A DNA stretch of 64,000 nt from a virus (lineage: Duplodnaviria; Heunggongvirae; Uroviricota; Caudoviricetes), in the IMG/VR virus record IMGVR_UViG_3300031344_000001; one strand, given 5' to 3'. The position numbers were made by a program, and so were the translations under genes. Positions 12,421 through 21,672 of this stretch are shown here, piece after piece. Within the stretch, counting starts at the first letter, position 1. Every line of letters starts with the position of its first letter. The notes beneath the pieces are model-generated. The model was not told the origin of the DNA, did no database searches, and was given only the letters and a program-made list of their open reading frames with translations.

Positions 12421-12744
12421 TCAGTCCTCGACGAGGTAGACCGTGATCCAGAAGGCCGAGTCCGCGGGGTCGCCGGCCGTGTCGAGGCTGTTGACCTGGA
12501 CGTGACCCTTGCTCGGCAGCGACGCCGAGATGCTGCCGACGGCCGCGTTGTTCTGCGTCACCTGGACGACCAGCTTGTTGGAGTCGTGCTCGTGCTTGAG
12601 CTCCAGGTCGTAGGCGCCCGGGCCCGACCGCGTGGCGGTGGAGAACCCGACGTTGTTCTTGAACTCGATCCCCGGCGTCGGCGTGGCGAAGGCGTTGATC
12701 GAGGCGGCGGCGAGGGGCTTCAGGTTGTCGCAATTATCACTCAT
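12421..12744 (-). CDS. Beta-rich hypothetical protein, possibly fibre-associated
   Basis: MSDNCDNLKPL..GPGAYDLEL..FWITVY; directly upstream of the collagen gene. Confidence 0.65.
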   Translation of the reverse strand: MSDNCDNLKPLAAASINAFATPTPGIEFKNNVGFSTATRSGPGAYDLELKHEHDSNKLVVQVTQNNAAVGSISASLPSKGHVQVNSLDTAGDPADSAFWITVYLVED

Positions 12745-12871
12745 GCCAAAAACCCTACAGGGGGGCAGTCCCACGGGCAATTTTTCAGCCGCCGTGCAGA
12801 TCGCGCCGCCGAATCGAATCGCGGTCCCCGAAAATACAGTCAGCCAAGACATTTCTCGAGTTGCGCCGCGG

Positions 12872-12939
12872 GGCGTGCGGCGTGCGGCGTGCGGCTCGCG
12901 CTCAACAGTTAGCTGCGCGCTGCGCGCTGCGCGCTGCGC
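12872..12939. repeat. Two 7-bp tandem arrays flanking CTCAACAGTTAG
   Basis: GGCGTGC x3 (12872-12892) and GCTGCGC x4 (12912-12939). Confidence 0.85.
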
Positions 12940-12951
12940 TGTGGGCCAGCC

Positions 12952-13009
12952 GTATCCGGGTGCACGCCTACCCGGTGGTCGCGTTGACACGGGTGGTCGT
13001 CTACCCAGG
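12952..13009 (+). promoter_or_regulatory. Paired GGGT-N8-ACCC motifs (copies 3 and 4)
   Basis: GTATCCGGGT-GCACGC-CTACCC and TTGACACGGGT-GGTCGT-CTACCCAGG upstream of the + operon. Confidence 0.65.
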
Positions 13010-13079
13010 GAGCGTCTTCGCGGGCTTACATGCCTTGAGGCGTGCTTGATTCAGGCACGCCTCGTGTACTTGGACGGTG

Positions 13080-13340
13080 GACATGCAGCTCGTCGTGTTC
13101 ACCGTCGTCTACGCGCTCACGCGCGGCACGATCGGTCGCGCAGACTGGGAGTGCTACTTCCACCATGCGCTGGTGGCGGAGCGCGATCCTGCCTGCGCGT
13201 TGTCGCGCTGCCTCCAGGGGACGCGGCCTGGATTCCAGTTCCACGCGCTGTTCATGCTCGACGGGGACGTCGCGCCCGACGCGCTCGCGGGCCGCCTCTT
13301 CTTCCACTCGCACCATCGTCTCTTGGAGGACACCCCATGA
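13080..13340 (+). CDS. Hypothetical protein
   Basis: First ORF after the motif pair. Confidence 0.55.
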   Translation, partial: DMQLVVFTVVYALTRGTIGRADWECYFHHALVAERDPACALSRCLQGTRPGFQFHALFMLDGDVAPDALAGRLFFHSHHRLLEDTP

Positions 13341-13708
13341 TCCGCGCCATCGCTCGCATCGAAGCTTCGGCAGGGTCGCGGGCGGCCACGTTTCGCATCC
13401 TCGCGTGCCCCTCGGCACGAGAGTACGCGGGGGCCGCGCTCTGCGCGACGGGGGACGCACACAGCCGGATCGGTGAGTACGTCGTCGTGGAGTTCGCCCC
13501 GGGCGACATGTTCGCCTACGAGTGCAGCGAGGTCCTCCAGGAGAGCGCGGAGAGCCGCGTCGCGCGCGGGCTGCACCCCGGACTAGGGCCCCACTGCGTG
13601 AAGTGCAGCACCCGCTTGACGGAGGCTGAGGTCGCCGTGCAGCGGCCTGACTACGACGAAGTCTGTGCGGCGTGCGGCGGTCCCTCGACCGGCACGTCGG
13701 ACACCTGA
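13337..13708 (+). CDS. Hypothetical protein with C-terminal CxxC..CxxC zinc finger
   Basis: ATGA overlap; CVKC and CAAC. Confidence 0.6.
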   Translation: MIRAIARIEASAGSRAATFRILACPSAREYAGAALCATGDAHSRIGEYVVVEFAPGDMFAYECSEVLQESAESRVARGLHPGLGPHCVKCSTRLTEAEVAVQRPDYDEVCAACGGPSTGTSDT

Positions 13709-13723
13709 AAGGAACCGCGCGTC

Positions 13724-14008
13724 ATGAAGCTCGACACCACGACCACGACCAACGACGACGCGGCGGACACGCTCCGTTTCCGCCGCTTCGAGGAGGAAGT
13801 GCCCGCCCCGGACGCGACCTCGATCTACGACCTCCGAGATGCCCCGGCGCCGCGCTACGTCGGGCGCTCTCCCGCGCGGCGCCGCATGATCCGCGCGACC
13901 CGGCAGGGCATCGCCGGCCTGCGCGACGCGATCGCCGCGGGCTGGGACGTCGGGCCCGAGCTGGCGCACGAGGAGCGTCGACTGGCAGCGCTTGAGGCAT
14001 CAGCGTGA
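13724..14008 (+). CDS. Hypothetical protein
   Basis: AAGGA RBS. Confidence 0.6.
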   Translation: MKLDTTTTTNDDAADTLRFRRFEEEVPAPDATSIYDLRDAPAPRYVGRSPARRRMIRATRQGIAGLRDAIAAGWDVGPELAHEERRLAALEASA

Positions 14009-14205
14009 AGCCTCTCGACCCTACGTGGTGGCGCCGTCACAGCAGCGGCGAGTTCTACGAGCAGCAGAACGACGCCGCGCGGCTCGTGAGTCGTCGCACG
14101 GGACGCCGTGTGACGGCGTGGATCCTCTACGTCGGCGGCGCGTACCGCGGCGAGTGGCCGACGCTCGCCGAGGCCAAGCTGCGCGCGAGGGAGATCACGG
14201 CATGA
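14005..14205 (+). CDS. Hypothetical protein
   Basis: GTGA overlap. Confidence 0.55.
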   Translation: MKPLDPTWWRRHSSGEFYEQQNDAARLVSRRTGRRVTAWILYVGGAYRGEWPTLAEAKLRAREITA

Positions 14206-14543
14206 CCAGCAAGCGCCTCTGCATCCCCGAACCGTTCCCCGAGACGATCGGGGTCTCCTCCCTGACGATTTGGGTCCCCGAAGACTTCCGTGGCGACGCC
14301 GAGATCATCTGGTGGTACCCCGGCAAGACCCGCGACGAGGACAAGCGTCGGATCACGTGCAGCGCTACCGCGCTGCTCCAGGGCGTGTTCCGTGACGTCC
14401 GCGGCGCGCGCCCCGGCAAGATGTTCGACGCGCGCATCGTCGCGCTCGTCGTCCACGAGTTCTACAGGCAGCGCATCCAGCGCGCCGCGCAGCTCGAAGC
14501 TGCGTACCAGTGGCAGTCCTACCCTCAGGAGGTTCTGAAGTGA
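14202..14543 (+). CDS. Hypothetical protein
   Basis: ATGA overlap. Confidence 0.6.
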   Translation: MTSKRLCIPEPFPETIGVSSLTIWVPEDFRGDAEIIWWYPGKTRDEDKRRITCSATALLQGVFRDVRGARPGKMFDARIVALVVHEFYRQRIQRAAQLEAAYQWQSYPQEVLK

Positions 14544-15523
14544 GCGACGAAGACCTACTCAACCGCGGGCTGCCGAAGTGGCCCCAGATGATCGTCACCG
14601 GCCCGCGCCTCCGCGAGGACCTGGCGCTGGAGGTGGTCCGGCGCACCGACTCGTGGTTCGTGTCGGGGCATGGCTGCAACGACCGCGACGGTGACCGTCG
14701 GCTCGCGCAGCGGTTTCGCATGCCGCACTTCCGCGACTACAGCGTGCGTGAGCCCGAAGGCTTCGACTGGCGCGCGCACTGGGATCGCGGCGAGCGCTGG
14801 AAGAAGGCGTGGGGTGTGGTCGAGACCCAGTACGTGCACAACACCTGGGTCGGGTCGTCCTTCATCTTCGGTCCGTACGGCTGGTGCCGCCCCGACGGCC
14901 AGATCTACTACAGCGACAACGTCGGCAAGTATCCGTCTGTCCAGGAGATTCGTGCGGACTGGCAGACGCTCGCGACGGCCTTCCCGTTCCTGGTCCTCAC
15001 GGTGACCCTGATGAGCGGCGAGGGTTGTGACGACGACACGCATCCCGTCGTCGCGATGGAGGTGGCGGACGGGCAGGTGAAGCTCAAGGAGCCGAACGTC
15101 GGTGACCACGGAGCACCGCGCCGAGACTTCGGAGTCGCGACGATCGCCGCCATCGCGCTCCCCTCCGCGCTGCGCGAGCGCTACCCGTTCCGCGAGGACG
15201 TGCTGCTCGCGTGGGAGCAAAAGGCTCGCGAGGTCGACGCGGAGGTCAACTCCGGCGTGGTCGACGTCGTCCCCGCCCGGCGTGTCGGAAGCGAAGTCCC
15301 GCCGGACGCCAGGGTCCGCGCGGTCACGGCGGAGGACTACTGCATGGACTGGGGAGGCTTCGTCGCCGCCTGCCGTGACGGCATGTTCACCGTCAACGAC
15401 GGGTACGGAGAGCTGGCGACCGATCTTCAGGTCTCGGACGTCCGCGTCGACCCGAGCGACGCGCTCAACCTTCTCTACGCGCGGCCGAGCTGGGCGACGC
15501 ACGTGTGCTGGTACAACAAGTAG
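14540..15523 (+). CDS. Phage-type hypothetical protein
   Basis: LPKWPQMIVTG..RRTD start; GTGA overlap. Confidence 0.7.
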   Translation: MSDEDLLNRGLPKWPQMIVTGPRLREDLALEVVRRTDSWFVSGHGCNDRDGDRRLAQRFRMPHFRDYSVREPEGFDWRAHWDRGERWKKAWGVVETQYVHNTWVGSSFIFGPYGWCRPDGQIYYSDNVGKYPSVQEIRADWQTLATAFPFLVLTVTLMSGEGCDDDTHPVVAMEVADGQVKLKEPNVGDHGAPRRDFGVATIAAIALPSALRERYPFREDVLLAWEQKAREVDAEVNSGVVDVVPARRVGSEVPPDARVRAVTAEDYCMDWGGFVAACRDGMFTVNDGYGELATDLQVSDVRVDPSDALNLLYARPSWATHVCWYNK

Positions 15524-15534
15524 GAGGCACTGCC

Positions 15535-15960
15535 ATGGATGAGACATCGACGTCCCGGACGCACGCCGTCGTTCCCGTCGGCGCATCCCCGCACGCCGTC
15601 GTGCTCGCGAGTGTCGAGCGCGCAATCAGCGCGAGCACCGCGTACGTCACCCTCGAGAAGCCCGTCGCCGAGCACCTGCTCGCGCTGGCCGAGGCTGCGA
15701 CCCACGTCGGCGAGTGCTACGAGGAGTGCCGCGCGTCCGCGCTTCGTGAGATCTGCGACCTCCTCAAGGCGCAGGTCCCCGCGTTGCCGACGTCGCTCGG
15801 GGTCCTCTCGCAGCCCGAGAAGCTCAGGGCGCTGGACTACGTGCGCGGCGTGCTCGACCACCAACTCGCGAGGCTGCTTGACGGGGGCGTCGCGCACGCA
15901 TCTACGATCCAGATCCTCGACGACATCATCGGCCTCTCGAAGAAGTACGGCGCACCCTAA
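15535..15960 (+). CDS. Hypothetical protein
   Basis: AGGAGG RBS. Confidence 0.65.
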   Translation: MDETSTSRTHAVVPVGASPHAVVLASVERAISASTAYVTLEKPVAEHLLALAEAATHVGECYEECRASALREICDLLKAQVPALPTSLGVLSQPEKLRALDYVRGVLDHQLARLLDGGVAHASTIQILDDIIGLSKKYGAP

Positions 15961-15996
15961 AAGCTTACGACCGTTACCCCTGCCTAGGAGACACGC

Positions 15997-16680
15997 ATGG
16001 ACGCAGACGACGAATTCGAGCGCGAGCACCCGAGCTACGGGCTCATCCGCATCTCGCGGGTGAGCGGCGGATCCGGCGCGTTGCGCCTGTTCGGGTCTCC
16101 GCTCGCGAGACACTACGGCACGATCCGCCTCACGATCGGCAGCGCGAAGTGGATCCACGGGCTGCACCACGACCGCTACCACGGCGGTCTCCAGGGTCAC
16201 GTCGAGGTCGAGATGTCAGCCGCGCAGTTCGCCGACATGATCACGAGCCTCAACGTCGGCGCGGGCACGCCCTGCACGATCCGCTACCTCGCGGGCGCCC
16301 GCATCCAGGACCCGCCCGAGCACGCGACCGAGGCCGAGCACATCCGCGACAACTTCGAGGGTGCGCTCGACAAGTACAAGGCGAAGGCGCGCGCGTACCG
16401 CAAGAAGATCGAGGAGCTCACGAACAAGCTCTCCGCGAAGGCGCGCGATGAGGTCCGGATCGCCCTCGACGTGATCGAGGACCAGCTCGGGGCCAACGTG
16501 CCCTTCGTAGTCAAGCAGTTCCAGGAGGCCACCACGAAGATCGCGACGGCGGCGAAGGCCGAGGTCGAGGCGTTCGTCTCGCACGCGATCCGCGCTGCGG
16601 GCCTCGACGCGATCGCGGAGGGGCGCATGCCGTCGCTTTTGTCGAGCGGCGACGGCGGGGGCCAGGAGGACGAATCGTGA
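15997..16680 (+). CDS. Phage-type conserved hypothetical protein
   Basis: HPSYGLIRISRVSG..LFGS..VEVEMSAAQFA..GTPCTI; AGGAG RBS. Confidence 0.75.
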   Translation: MDADDEFEREHPSYGLIRISRVSGGSGALRLFGSPLARHYGTIRLTIGSAKWIHGLHHDRYHGGLQGHVEVEMSAAQFADMITSLNVGAGTPCTIRYLAGARIQDPPEHATEAEHIRDNFEGALDKYKAKARAYRKKIEELTNKLSAKARDEVRIALDVIEDQLGANVPFVVKQFQEATTKIATAAKAEVEAFVSHAIRAAGLDAIAEGRMPSLLSSGDGGGQEDES

Positions 16681-17081
16681 ACCTGAACGACGAAGACTTC
16701 CTGCGGCGACTACGATGCAGGTCATCGACGACCTGCTCGCGATCTCACGCCAGCACGGAACGGAGCCGTAGGCCCGTGGAGGGTGTGGCAACGTGCTTCA
16801 GGCGCGTTGGCGGGTGGCTTCGTCGGCTGTGGAGCTGGTTGTTCGGGCGCCGCCCGGTCAAGAACCAGTACGCGGGCTGCAACCTGGTGGTCGTCAACGG
16901 GCGCAGTCGAGGGCAGTGGCGCGAGATCAAGGGCAACACGGAGCACACGCTCACGCTGGCTGCGCCGTTCGACGAGGCGCCGGCGAGCGGCGACGAGCTG
17001 GCGATCCTGGTGCCCGGGGCCTCGGGACCTGGAGACACGGTGGCGGTGACGAGCCACGCGGACGACTTCGACCTCAACTGA
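16677..17081 (+). CDS. Hypothetical protein carrying one fibre-type repeat module
   Basis: NGRSRGQWREIKGNTEHTLTLAAPFDEAP resembles the repeats in fibre A. Confidence 0.5.
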   Translation: MNLNDEDFLRRLRCRSSTTCSRSHASTERSRRPVEGVATCFRRVGGWLRRLWSWLFGRRPVKNQYAGCNLVVVNGRSRGQWREIKGNTEHTLTLAAPFDEAPASGDELAILVPGASGPGDTVAVTSHADDFDLN

Positions 17082-17090
17082 CCGTCTTTA

Positions 17091-17112
17091 CCGGACCGGA
17101 CCGGACCGGACC
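17091..17112. repeat. CCGGA pentamer x4
   Basis: Direct reading. Confidence 0.85.
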
Positions 17113-17239
17113 AGCTCGTCGAAAGGCGAAAGGAGGACTTCATGCGGAAGTAAATTGCGACCTATCGGAGTGCGTGGACTTGGATTGGAGGACGCCGGTC
17201 AGCCGCTACGGGGACCGGCGTCTGTTTGCGTTCGTCTAC

Positions 17240-17506
17240 CTATTCGACAGCTGCGCGTTGCTGCCACGGGAACGGGCAGCCCGCACCCTCCAGGACACCG
17301 CGGACGAAGGCAGCGATCACACGAGCTGCACTCGCAGGGTCGGGAATCCGCTCCTGCAAGACAAGGACGGTCACCGCGACCGTCTCGTCGAATTGCGCAG
17401 GGGTCTCAGCGGCCCGCAGATCCGCCATGGTGACCTCCTGGATCGAGAGGAAGTCTTCAGCGGACAATGGAACGATCGGCGGTGACGGTGACTGCATGGA
17501 TTCCAT
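17240..17506 (-). CDS. Hypothetical protein
   Basis: Plausible ORF in a lower-GC patch. Confidence 0.4.
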   Translation of the reverse strand: MESMQSPSPPIVPLSAEDFLSIQEVTMADLRAAETPAQFDETVAVTVLVLQERIPDPASAARVIAAFVRGVLEGAGCPFPWQQRAAVE

Positions 17507-17597
17507 CCGCGCAGTTTACGTCATGTGTCCGATCGATCGTGGGGCTGTGCCTCAGAAGGGGGCGGTTCCGAGGTCCGAGGTGCTACTCTGCACCGTC

Positions 17598-17882
17598 ATG
17601 AAACGTGCATCGATCCCGAGCGTGAAGAGTCGCGCATGCGCAGGGTGGGAAGTCGTGTGTCCCGACGGAAGCGTTCGACATTTCCCCTATCACAACCTTG
17701 GTGATGCAAGGAGTCACGCGCGGTTCGCGTCCGATCCGGGACATTTTGCGAAACGCCGCTGTCGTCTCGCACCTAAACCGAGCCCGCTGGAACGTAGTCA
17801 GCCGCCGTGCTGCGGTGGCAAACACACGGTTCGCGCGATGGTGTTCGAGCACCAAGTCACGAAACAGACAAAGCCGCGCTAG
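17598..17882 (+). CDS. Hypothetical protein
   Basis: GWEVVCPDGSVRHFPYHN. Confidence 0.5.
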   Translation: MKRASIPSVKSRACAGWEVVCPDGSVRHFPYHNLGDARSHARFASDPGHFAKRRCRLAPKPSPLERSQPPCCGGKHTVRAMVFEHQVTKQTKPR

Positions 17883-17992
17883 TACCGGGTTTGAGGCACA
17901 GGCCCCGAGAACCCCGCGTCTGGTCGGACCGTGCTTCCCGAGAAACCGTCACGAGTCGAACCGAGTACCAAGCACCGATCTGATGCGAACGC

Positions 17993-18013
17993 TATCCGGG
18001 TAGCGGACTACCC
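17993..18013 (+). promoter_or_regulatory. GGGT-N8-ACCC motif, copy 5
   Basis: TATCCGGGTAG-CGGA-CTACCC; perfect 6-bp arms. Confidence 0.6.
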
Positions 18014-18097
18014 TCCAGCCTGTTGCCACAGGGCAGCGTCGCGCGCGCACGTGAGATCACACGGTTGCAGGCCAGTGCACTTGGCCCGCGACTGGCA

Positions 18098-18412
18098 ATG
18101 GAGATCGGCATGAAGCCCGAATCGGTGAAGCAGATGAAGCGGTTCCTCGACGCGCGCGACCTCCTGCACAGCGCGCGCGCGCAGTACGAGACGTCGGTCG
18201 GGGCGCTCCAGCGCGCGCTCGACTTCGCAAGCGCCTCGATGGCCGAGGGCTACGACGAGGAGGCAGCGCGGCAGATCGTGGTGACGCGCGCGCTCGTCGA
18301 GGGCCTGCCGCGCGCCGCGTTCGACACGATCGATGAGATCGCGGACACGATGGCGGCGCTCGCGGGCGAGGTCACCGCGGACGAGGAGCACCTGCCCGCC
18401 GGAGTCTCGTGA
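18098..18412 (+). CDS. Hypothetical helical protein
   Basis: MEIGMKPESVKQMKRFL; start approximate. Confidence 0.6.
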   Translation: MEIGMKPESVKQMKRFLDARDLLHSARAQYETSVGALQRALDFASASMAEGYDEEAARQIVVTRALVEGLPRAAFDTIDEIADTMAALAGEVTADEEHLPAGVS

Positions 18413-18633
18413 TGACCACCAAACACCGTGAATACTTGCGATCACTTGCGCAACTTCTCGACAAAGCCAGAGAACTCGCGGACGCGCCGCCGCGGGACGA
18501 CGGCTGGGGCGGTGGTCTTCATCTTCCTGATGGGACGTTCGGCTACTCGAACCTCAGTGACCTCCTCAGCGACCTGGCAGCCACCGTTCAAGAGGCCAGT
18601 GGATCGGCTCCGACGCCGACTGCGGTCGAGTGA
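18409..18633 (+). CDS. Hypothetical protein
   Basis: GTGA overlap. Confidence 0.5.
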   Translation: MMTTKHREYLRSLAQLLDKARELADAPPRDDGWGGGLHLPDGTFGYSNLSDLLSDLAATVQEASGSAPTPTAVE

Positions 18634-18634
18634 G

Positions 18635-19015
18635 ATGCGGTGCGGCGTCTGCCACGCGACGTTGACGGTGCGCGGCTATCGCACGGTCAGAGTCAGCAAC
18701 TCCAACAACGGCGAGCGGCGCGTCCCGCTCTACCACCCATGCCCGCGCCTGAACGACCTGACGTTTCATCCCGCGCGCGCGAATCGCGAGGGGCCCTGGG
18801 ATTCCGGTCAGCTTCAATTTCCGCACACCCCCGCGCAGAGCAAGAGGCCCCTCGCCGATCGGGTCGCGCACGCTGAAGCGATGGCCGCGCGCTACCTCGG
18901 CAACTACAACGAAGAATTGGAGGCAGGGCGTTCCAAGGGCGCCGAGAAGATGCTGGCCAAGTCGCAGTATTGGCTCGATCGCGCCAACACGCTGCGCGGG
19001 AACTCGTCGGGGTGA
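18635..19015 (+). CDS. Hypothetical protein with N-terminal CxxC
   Basis: MRCGVCHA. Confidence 0.55.
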   Translation: MRCGVCHATLTVRGYRTVRVSNSNNGERRVPLYHPCPRLNDLTFHPARANREGPWDSGQLQFPHTPAQSKRPLADRVAHAEAMAARYLGNYNEELEAGRSKGAEKMLAKSQYWLDRANTLRGNSSG

Positions 19016-19036
19016 CTGATGACTGATCCCGCGTTT

Positions 19037-19080
19037 GGAGTCGAACCGCGCTTCCCGAGTTCGATTCCTTCTTCCTTCGT
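19037..19080 (+). terminator. Candidate intrinsic terminator
   Basis: GGAGTCGAAC/GTTCGATTCC 10-bp stem followed by a pyrimidine-rich tail. Confidence 0.4.
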
Positions 19081-19091
19081 TGCCGCAACGG

Positions 19092-19147
19092 GTATCCGGG
19101 TATCCAGGCACCCCATCGTCGTCGACACGGGTCGCCTCCTACCCAGG
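19092..19147 (+). promoter_or_regulatory. Paired GGGT-N8-ACCC motifs (copies 6 and 7)
   Basis: GTATCCGGGT-ATCCAG-GCACCC and GACACGGGT-CGCCTC-CTACCCAGG; same order as at 12952. Confidence 0.65.
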
Positions 19148-19210
19148 CTCGTGCGATCGCGAGCTTGACGCCCTCGCGGGCTGGCGTGGTACTCGCATCT
19201 ACGGAGCCTC

Positions 19211-19615
19211 ATGACCACGAGCACCGAGCGCAGCGCCTCCACCCTTGGTCTTGGTCTCGACAAGCCGTACAGCGTGACGCTGTGGGGCTCGAACCCTGAC
19301 GAGACCGACAACGACGACTGCTGGACCGGTGACGACTACGCGACGCGCGAGGAGGCGACCGCGGCCTACCGCGAGGTCGTGATGTTCCCCGATCACAGCT
19401 CGCTAGCGAAGGCGTGCGGCCCGCGCGGCGCGTGGGAGTACGTCCTGATCGACGGGCCCCAGGCGCACGAGGTCACGCAGAACCCCGATCGCCCGTCGTG
19501 CGAACGCCACCGCCGTGAGCTGGATCGCTCCGACGGCGAGTGGCGCCGCGAGCGCGCCATGGAGGCCGGCATGCTTCACGGTGTCGAGGCGTACAACGAC
19601 GAGATGGGCTACTAA
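19211..19615 (+). CDS. Phage-type hypothetical protein
   Basis: GGAG RBS; LWGSNPDETDNDDCWTGDDY. Confidence 0.7.
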   Translation: MTTSTERSASTLGLGLDKPYSVTLWGSNPDETDNDDCWTGDDYATREEATAAYREVVMFPDHSSLAKACGPRGAWEYVLIDGPQAHEVTQNPDRPSCERHRRELDRSDGEWRRERAMEAGMLHGVEAYNDEMGY

Positions 19616-19617
19616 CC

Positions 19618-20274
19618 GTGCCCAAGAAGAGTCCCGCGCAGCTCGACCGCGAGATTGCCGCGTCCCTGGCGATCGCGGGCGCCACGACGCCGCACAGCGC
19701 GAAGGCGCTCGCAACGTTGGCGCTGATGCACACGGCGCCGTCGCAGTGGCAGCTCACACCGATCGAGTGGATCGAGGAAGAGCGCGAGGTTCCGGGCTTG
19801 GTCACGTGCCCGACCTGCCACGGCCACAAGTTCGTGCGTATCGAGGACGGTCGCGTCATCCCGCCGCCGCCGATCAACTCTCGCGAGAGCTTCGCGTACA
19901 GCAACGACGCGCATCGTGACGCTTCCAAGGCGCACAAGCCTTACGGCAACTGCCCGACGTGCGGAAAGCAGAAGGGCGGCTGGGGCATGATCCCGCAGGG
20001 CAAGATCAAGGGCGTCGTCCGCGCCAAGGTGATGGTCGGTTACCCGAAGTTCCCGCCCGGCACGCGCTTCGACAGCCGGTTTGCGGGCGGCTTGCACTGC
20101 AACCTCTGCAACAAGCTCGTCATGAAGTCGCACCGCGTGCCGGTGCACGCGACTGGAGGCGACGGCGTCACGCACGGGATGTTCGTGGGCGAGGACTGCG
20201 CGCAGAAGTTCCTCGACGTGAAGCTCAAGCGCGACGAGGGTTCGATCATGGAGACCGGCAACGCCCGGCTGTAG
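19618..20274 (+). CDS. Zinc-finger hypothetical protein with KKSPAQLDREI leader
   Basis: CPTC x2, CNLC and GEDC. Confidence 0.7.
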   Translation: MPKKSPAQLDREIAASLAIAGATTPHSAKALATLALMHTAPSQWQLTPIEWIEEEREVPGLVTCPTCHGHKFVRIEDGRVIPPPPINSRESFAYSNDAHRDASKAHKPYGNCPTCGKQKGGWGMIPQGKIKGVVRAKVMVGYPKFPPGTRFDSRFAGGLHCNLCNKLVMKSHRVPVHATGGDGVTHGMFVGEDCAQKFLDVKLKRDEGSIMETGNARL

Positions 20275-20285
20275 CTGGAGGCAGC

Positions 20286-20543
20286 GTGGAACGGCGGGTG
20301 AAGAAGATCGTATTCCGTGTCGGCGCGCGCGTCGTGCGGAACAAGGCCGTCGGCGGATCCGGCGCGCGTCGCGTCGACCTCGGCGATCTGGTCGGCACGG
20401 TCGTCAAGGTGACGGCGACGCCGCACGGTTCTGGGGGGACGCGCGCGCGCGTCCGCGTCCGCTGGGACAACGGCCACGAGGCGTCCGTCGAAGATCGCCA
20501 GCTCGTACGAGTGGTCCGCGGGATGCATCGAGGACCCACATGA
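20286..20543 (+). CDS. KOW/SH3-like barrel protein
   Basis: FRVGARVVR..GTVVKV..VRVRWDNG. Confidence 0.5.
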   Translation: MERRVKKIVFRVGARVVRNKAVGGSGARRVDLGDLVGTVVKVTATPHGSGGTRARVRVRWDNGHEASVEDRQLVRVVRGMHRGPT

Positions 20544-20779
20544 CCAAGCTCCAGCGCTACGTCTTCGGCGTCGTCTCCGCGCACCACCTACGAGGGCTGT
20601 GGTACCGCGCGGCAGGAAGCGGCGAGCGGGTCACGCTCGCGAGCCTCTACCGCGCGGGTGCACTCACGCGCCGCGCGTGGCGTGGCAACGAGGGGGAGGC
20701 CGACGCGGCCTACGAGTACCGCCTGACGCCGGACGCGGAGCAGGCGCTGCGGCAGGCGCTGTCGAGCGGCGCGTCGTGA
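20540..20779 (+). CDS. Hypothetical protein (possible winged helix)
   Basis: ATGA overlap. Confidence 0.55.
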   Translation: MTKLQRYVFGVVSAHHLRGLWYRAAGSGERVTLASLYRAGALTRRAWRGNEGEADAAYEYRLTPDAEQALRQALSSGAS

Positions 20780-21672
20780 CCCCTCAGGCGCTGCGCTCGC
20801 TCGCGAGCGAAGTCCCCGGGCCGGACGATATCACGGCCCTCCATGAACTCCAGGAGGCCATCGATCGGGTGCTGGGGACGCTCATGCCCAGGGAGGCGTT
20901 GATCGTTCGTCGCTACTTCGGGCTTGAGGGCGAGGGGGACGGGTGCACCTCCGACGAGCTGGGCAGGCAGCTGGGCATCAGCAGCAGTCGCGTCAACCAG
21001 ATCGTCGCCAAGGCGCTTCGCAAGATGCGCCACCCCTCGCGTTGCATGGTGTTGAGTCCGCACGTCGTCCCCGAGATCAGCCGAAGGATCGGGGAGACCG
21101 CGCGGAGGGCCGAGGAGGCTGAGAGGATCAAACGCGCAAAGTGGCTGATCGAGGAGACGCGCCGCGCGGAAGATCGCCGCGCCAAGGAGGTCCTGCGCCG
21201 CCGCATCGGCGACGAGGTCGGCAGCCTCGCGGCCCCTGCTTGGTGGAGCGATAATCGAAGGCAAGACATCGCCGCCGCGCTCGACCTTGTGGTGAGCGAA
21301 GCCGTCACCGAGGTTCGCTCAAGCTTCGAGGTCAGCACCTACCTCGGCAACTGCTTCACGAGCTCTTGGAAGATCTACGATGCTTGGAAGCGCGACGTGC
21401 GCCGACGCCACCCGGACCCGGACGGCGTCGTCGCGTTCACGCACGGGATCCTGACGGACGGCAGCTGTTTGATCTACGCGCGGAGAGGTCGATGCACGTG
21501 GTACTTGTTCAAGGTCCCGTACGCGCGGTGGGGCGACCCCGAGTTCTACTGGGTCGGCTACGTGGATGTGGGAGCGGAAGTCGGGGACGCCCCCGTTCGA
21601 CGAAGCCGCATCCAGGCGCTCGACCAAGGCATGCTCCTGGTGGTCGCAGGGCCGTGGGAGTCGGCACCTTGA
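20776..21672 (+). CDS. Protein with sigma70 region-4 (RpoD-like) HTH fused to an unknown C-terminus
   Basis: VLGTLMPREALIVRRYFGL..ELGRQLGISSSRVNQIVAKALRKMRHPSR. Confidence 0.8.
   Translation: MTPQALRSLASEVPGPDDITALHELQEAIDRVLGTLMPREALIVRRYFGLEGEGDGCTSDELGRQLGISSSRVNQIVAKALRKMRHPSRCMVLSPHVVPEISRRIGETARRAEEAERIKRAKWLIEETRRAEDRRAKEVLRRRIGDEVGSLAAPAWWSDNRRQDIAAALDLVVSEAVTEVRSSFEVSTYLGNCFTSSWKIYDAWKRDVRRRHPDPDGVVAFTHGILTDGSCLIYARRGRCTWYLFKVPYARWGDPEFYWVGYVDVGAEVGDAPVRRSRIQALDQGMLLVVAGPWESAP

Noticed and set aside
12777-12791. Sigma54 promoter (GG-N10-GC) upstream of the 12744 gene
   Set aside because: Spacing fits but the -24 box is poor (CGGCTG), and the related motifs at genes C and D lack the GG
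12984-13012. Sigma70 promoter from the perfect TTGACA
   Set aside because: No plausible -10 at 16-18 nt (AGGGAG); other motif copies have AGACAC or CGACAC instead
17953-19048. Shared 11-mer GAGTCGAACCG upstream of two operator copies
   Set aside because: Different spacing to the core (45 versus 60 bp) and absent at the other sites; may be chance
19030-19075. tRNA-like T-loop motifs (GTTCGATTCC on +, GGTTCGACTCC on -)
   Set aside because: Neither has a pairing T-stem, acceptor stem or anticodon arm; the two motifs pair with each other as a terminator-like hairpin
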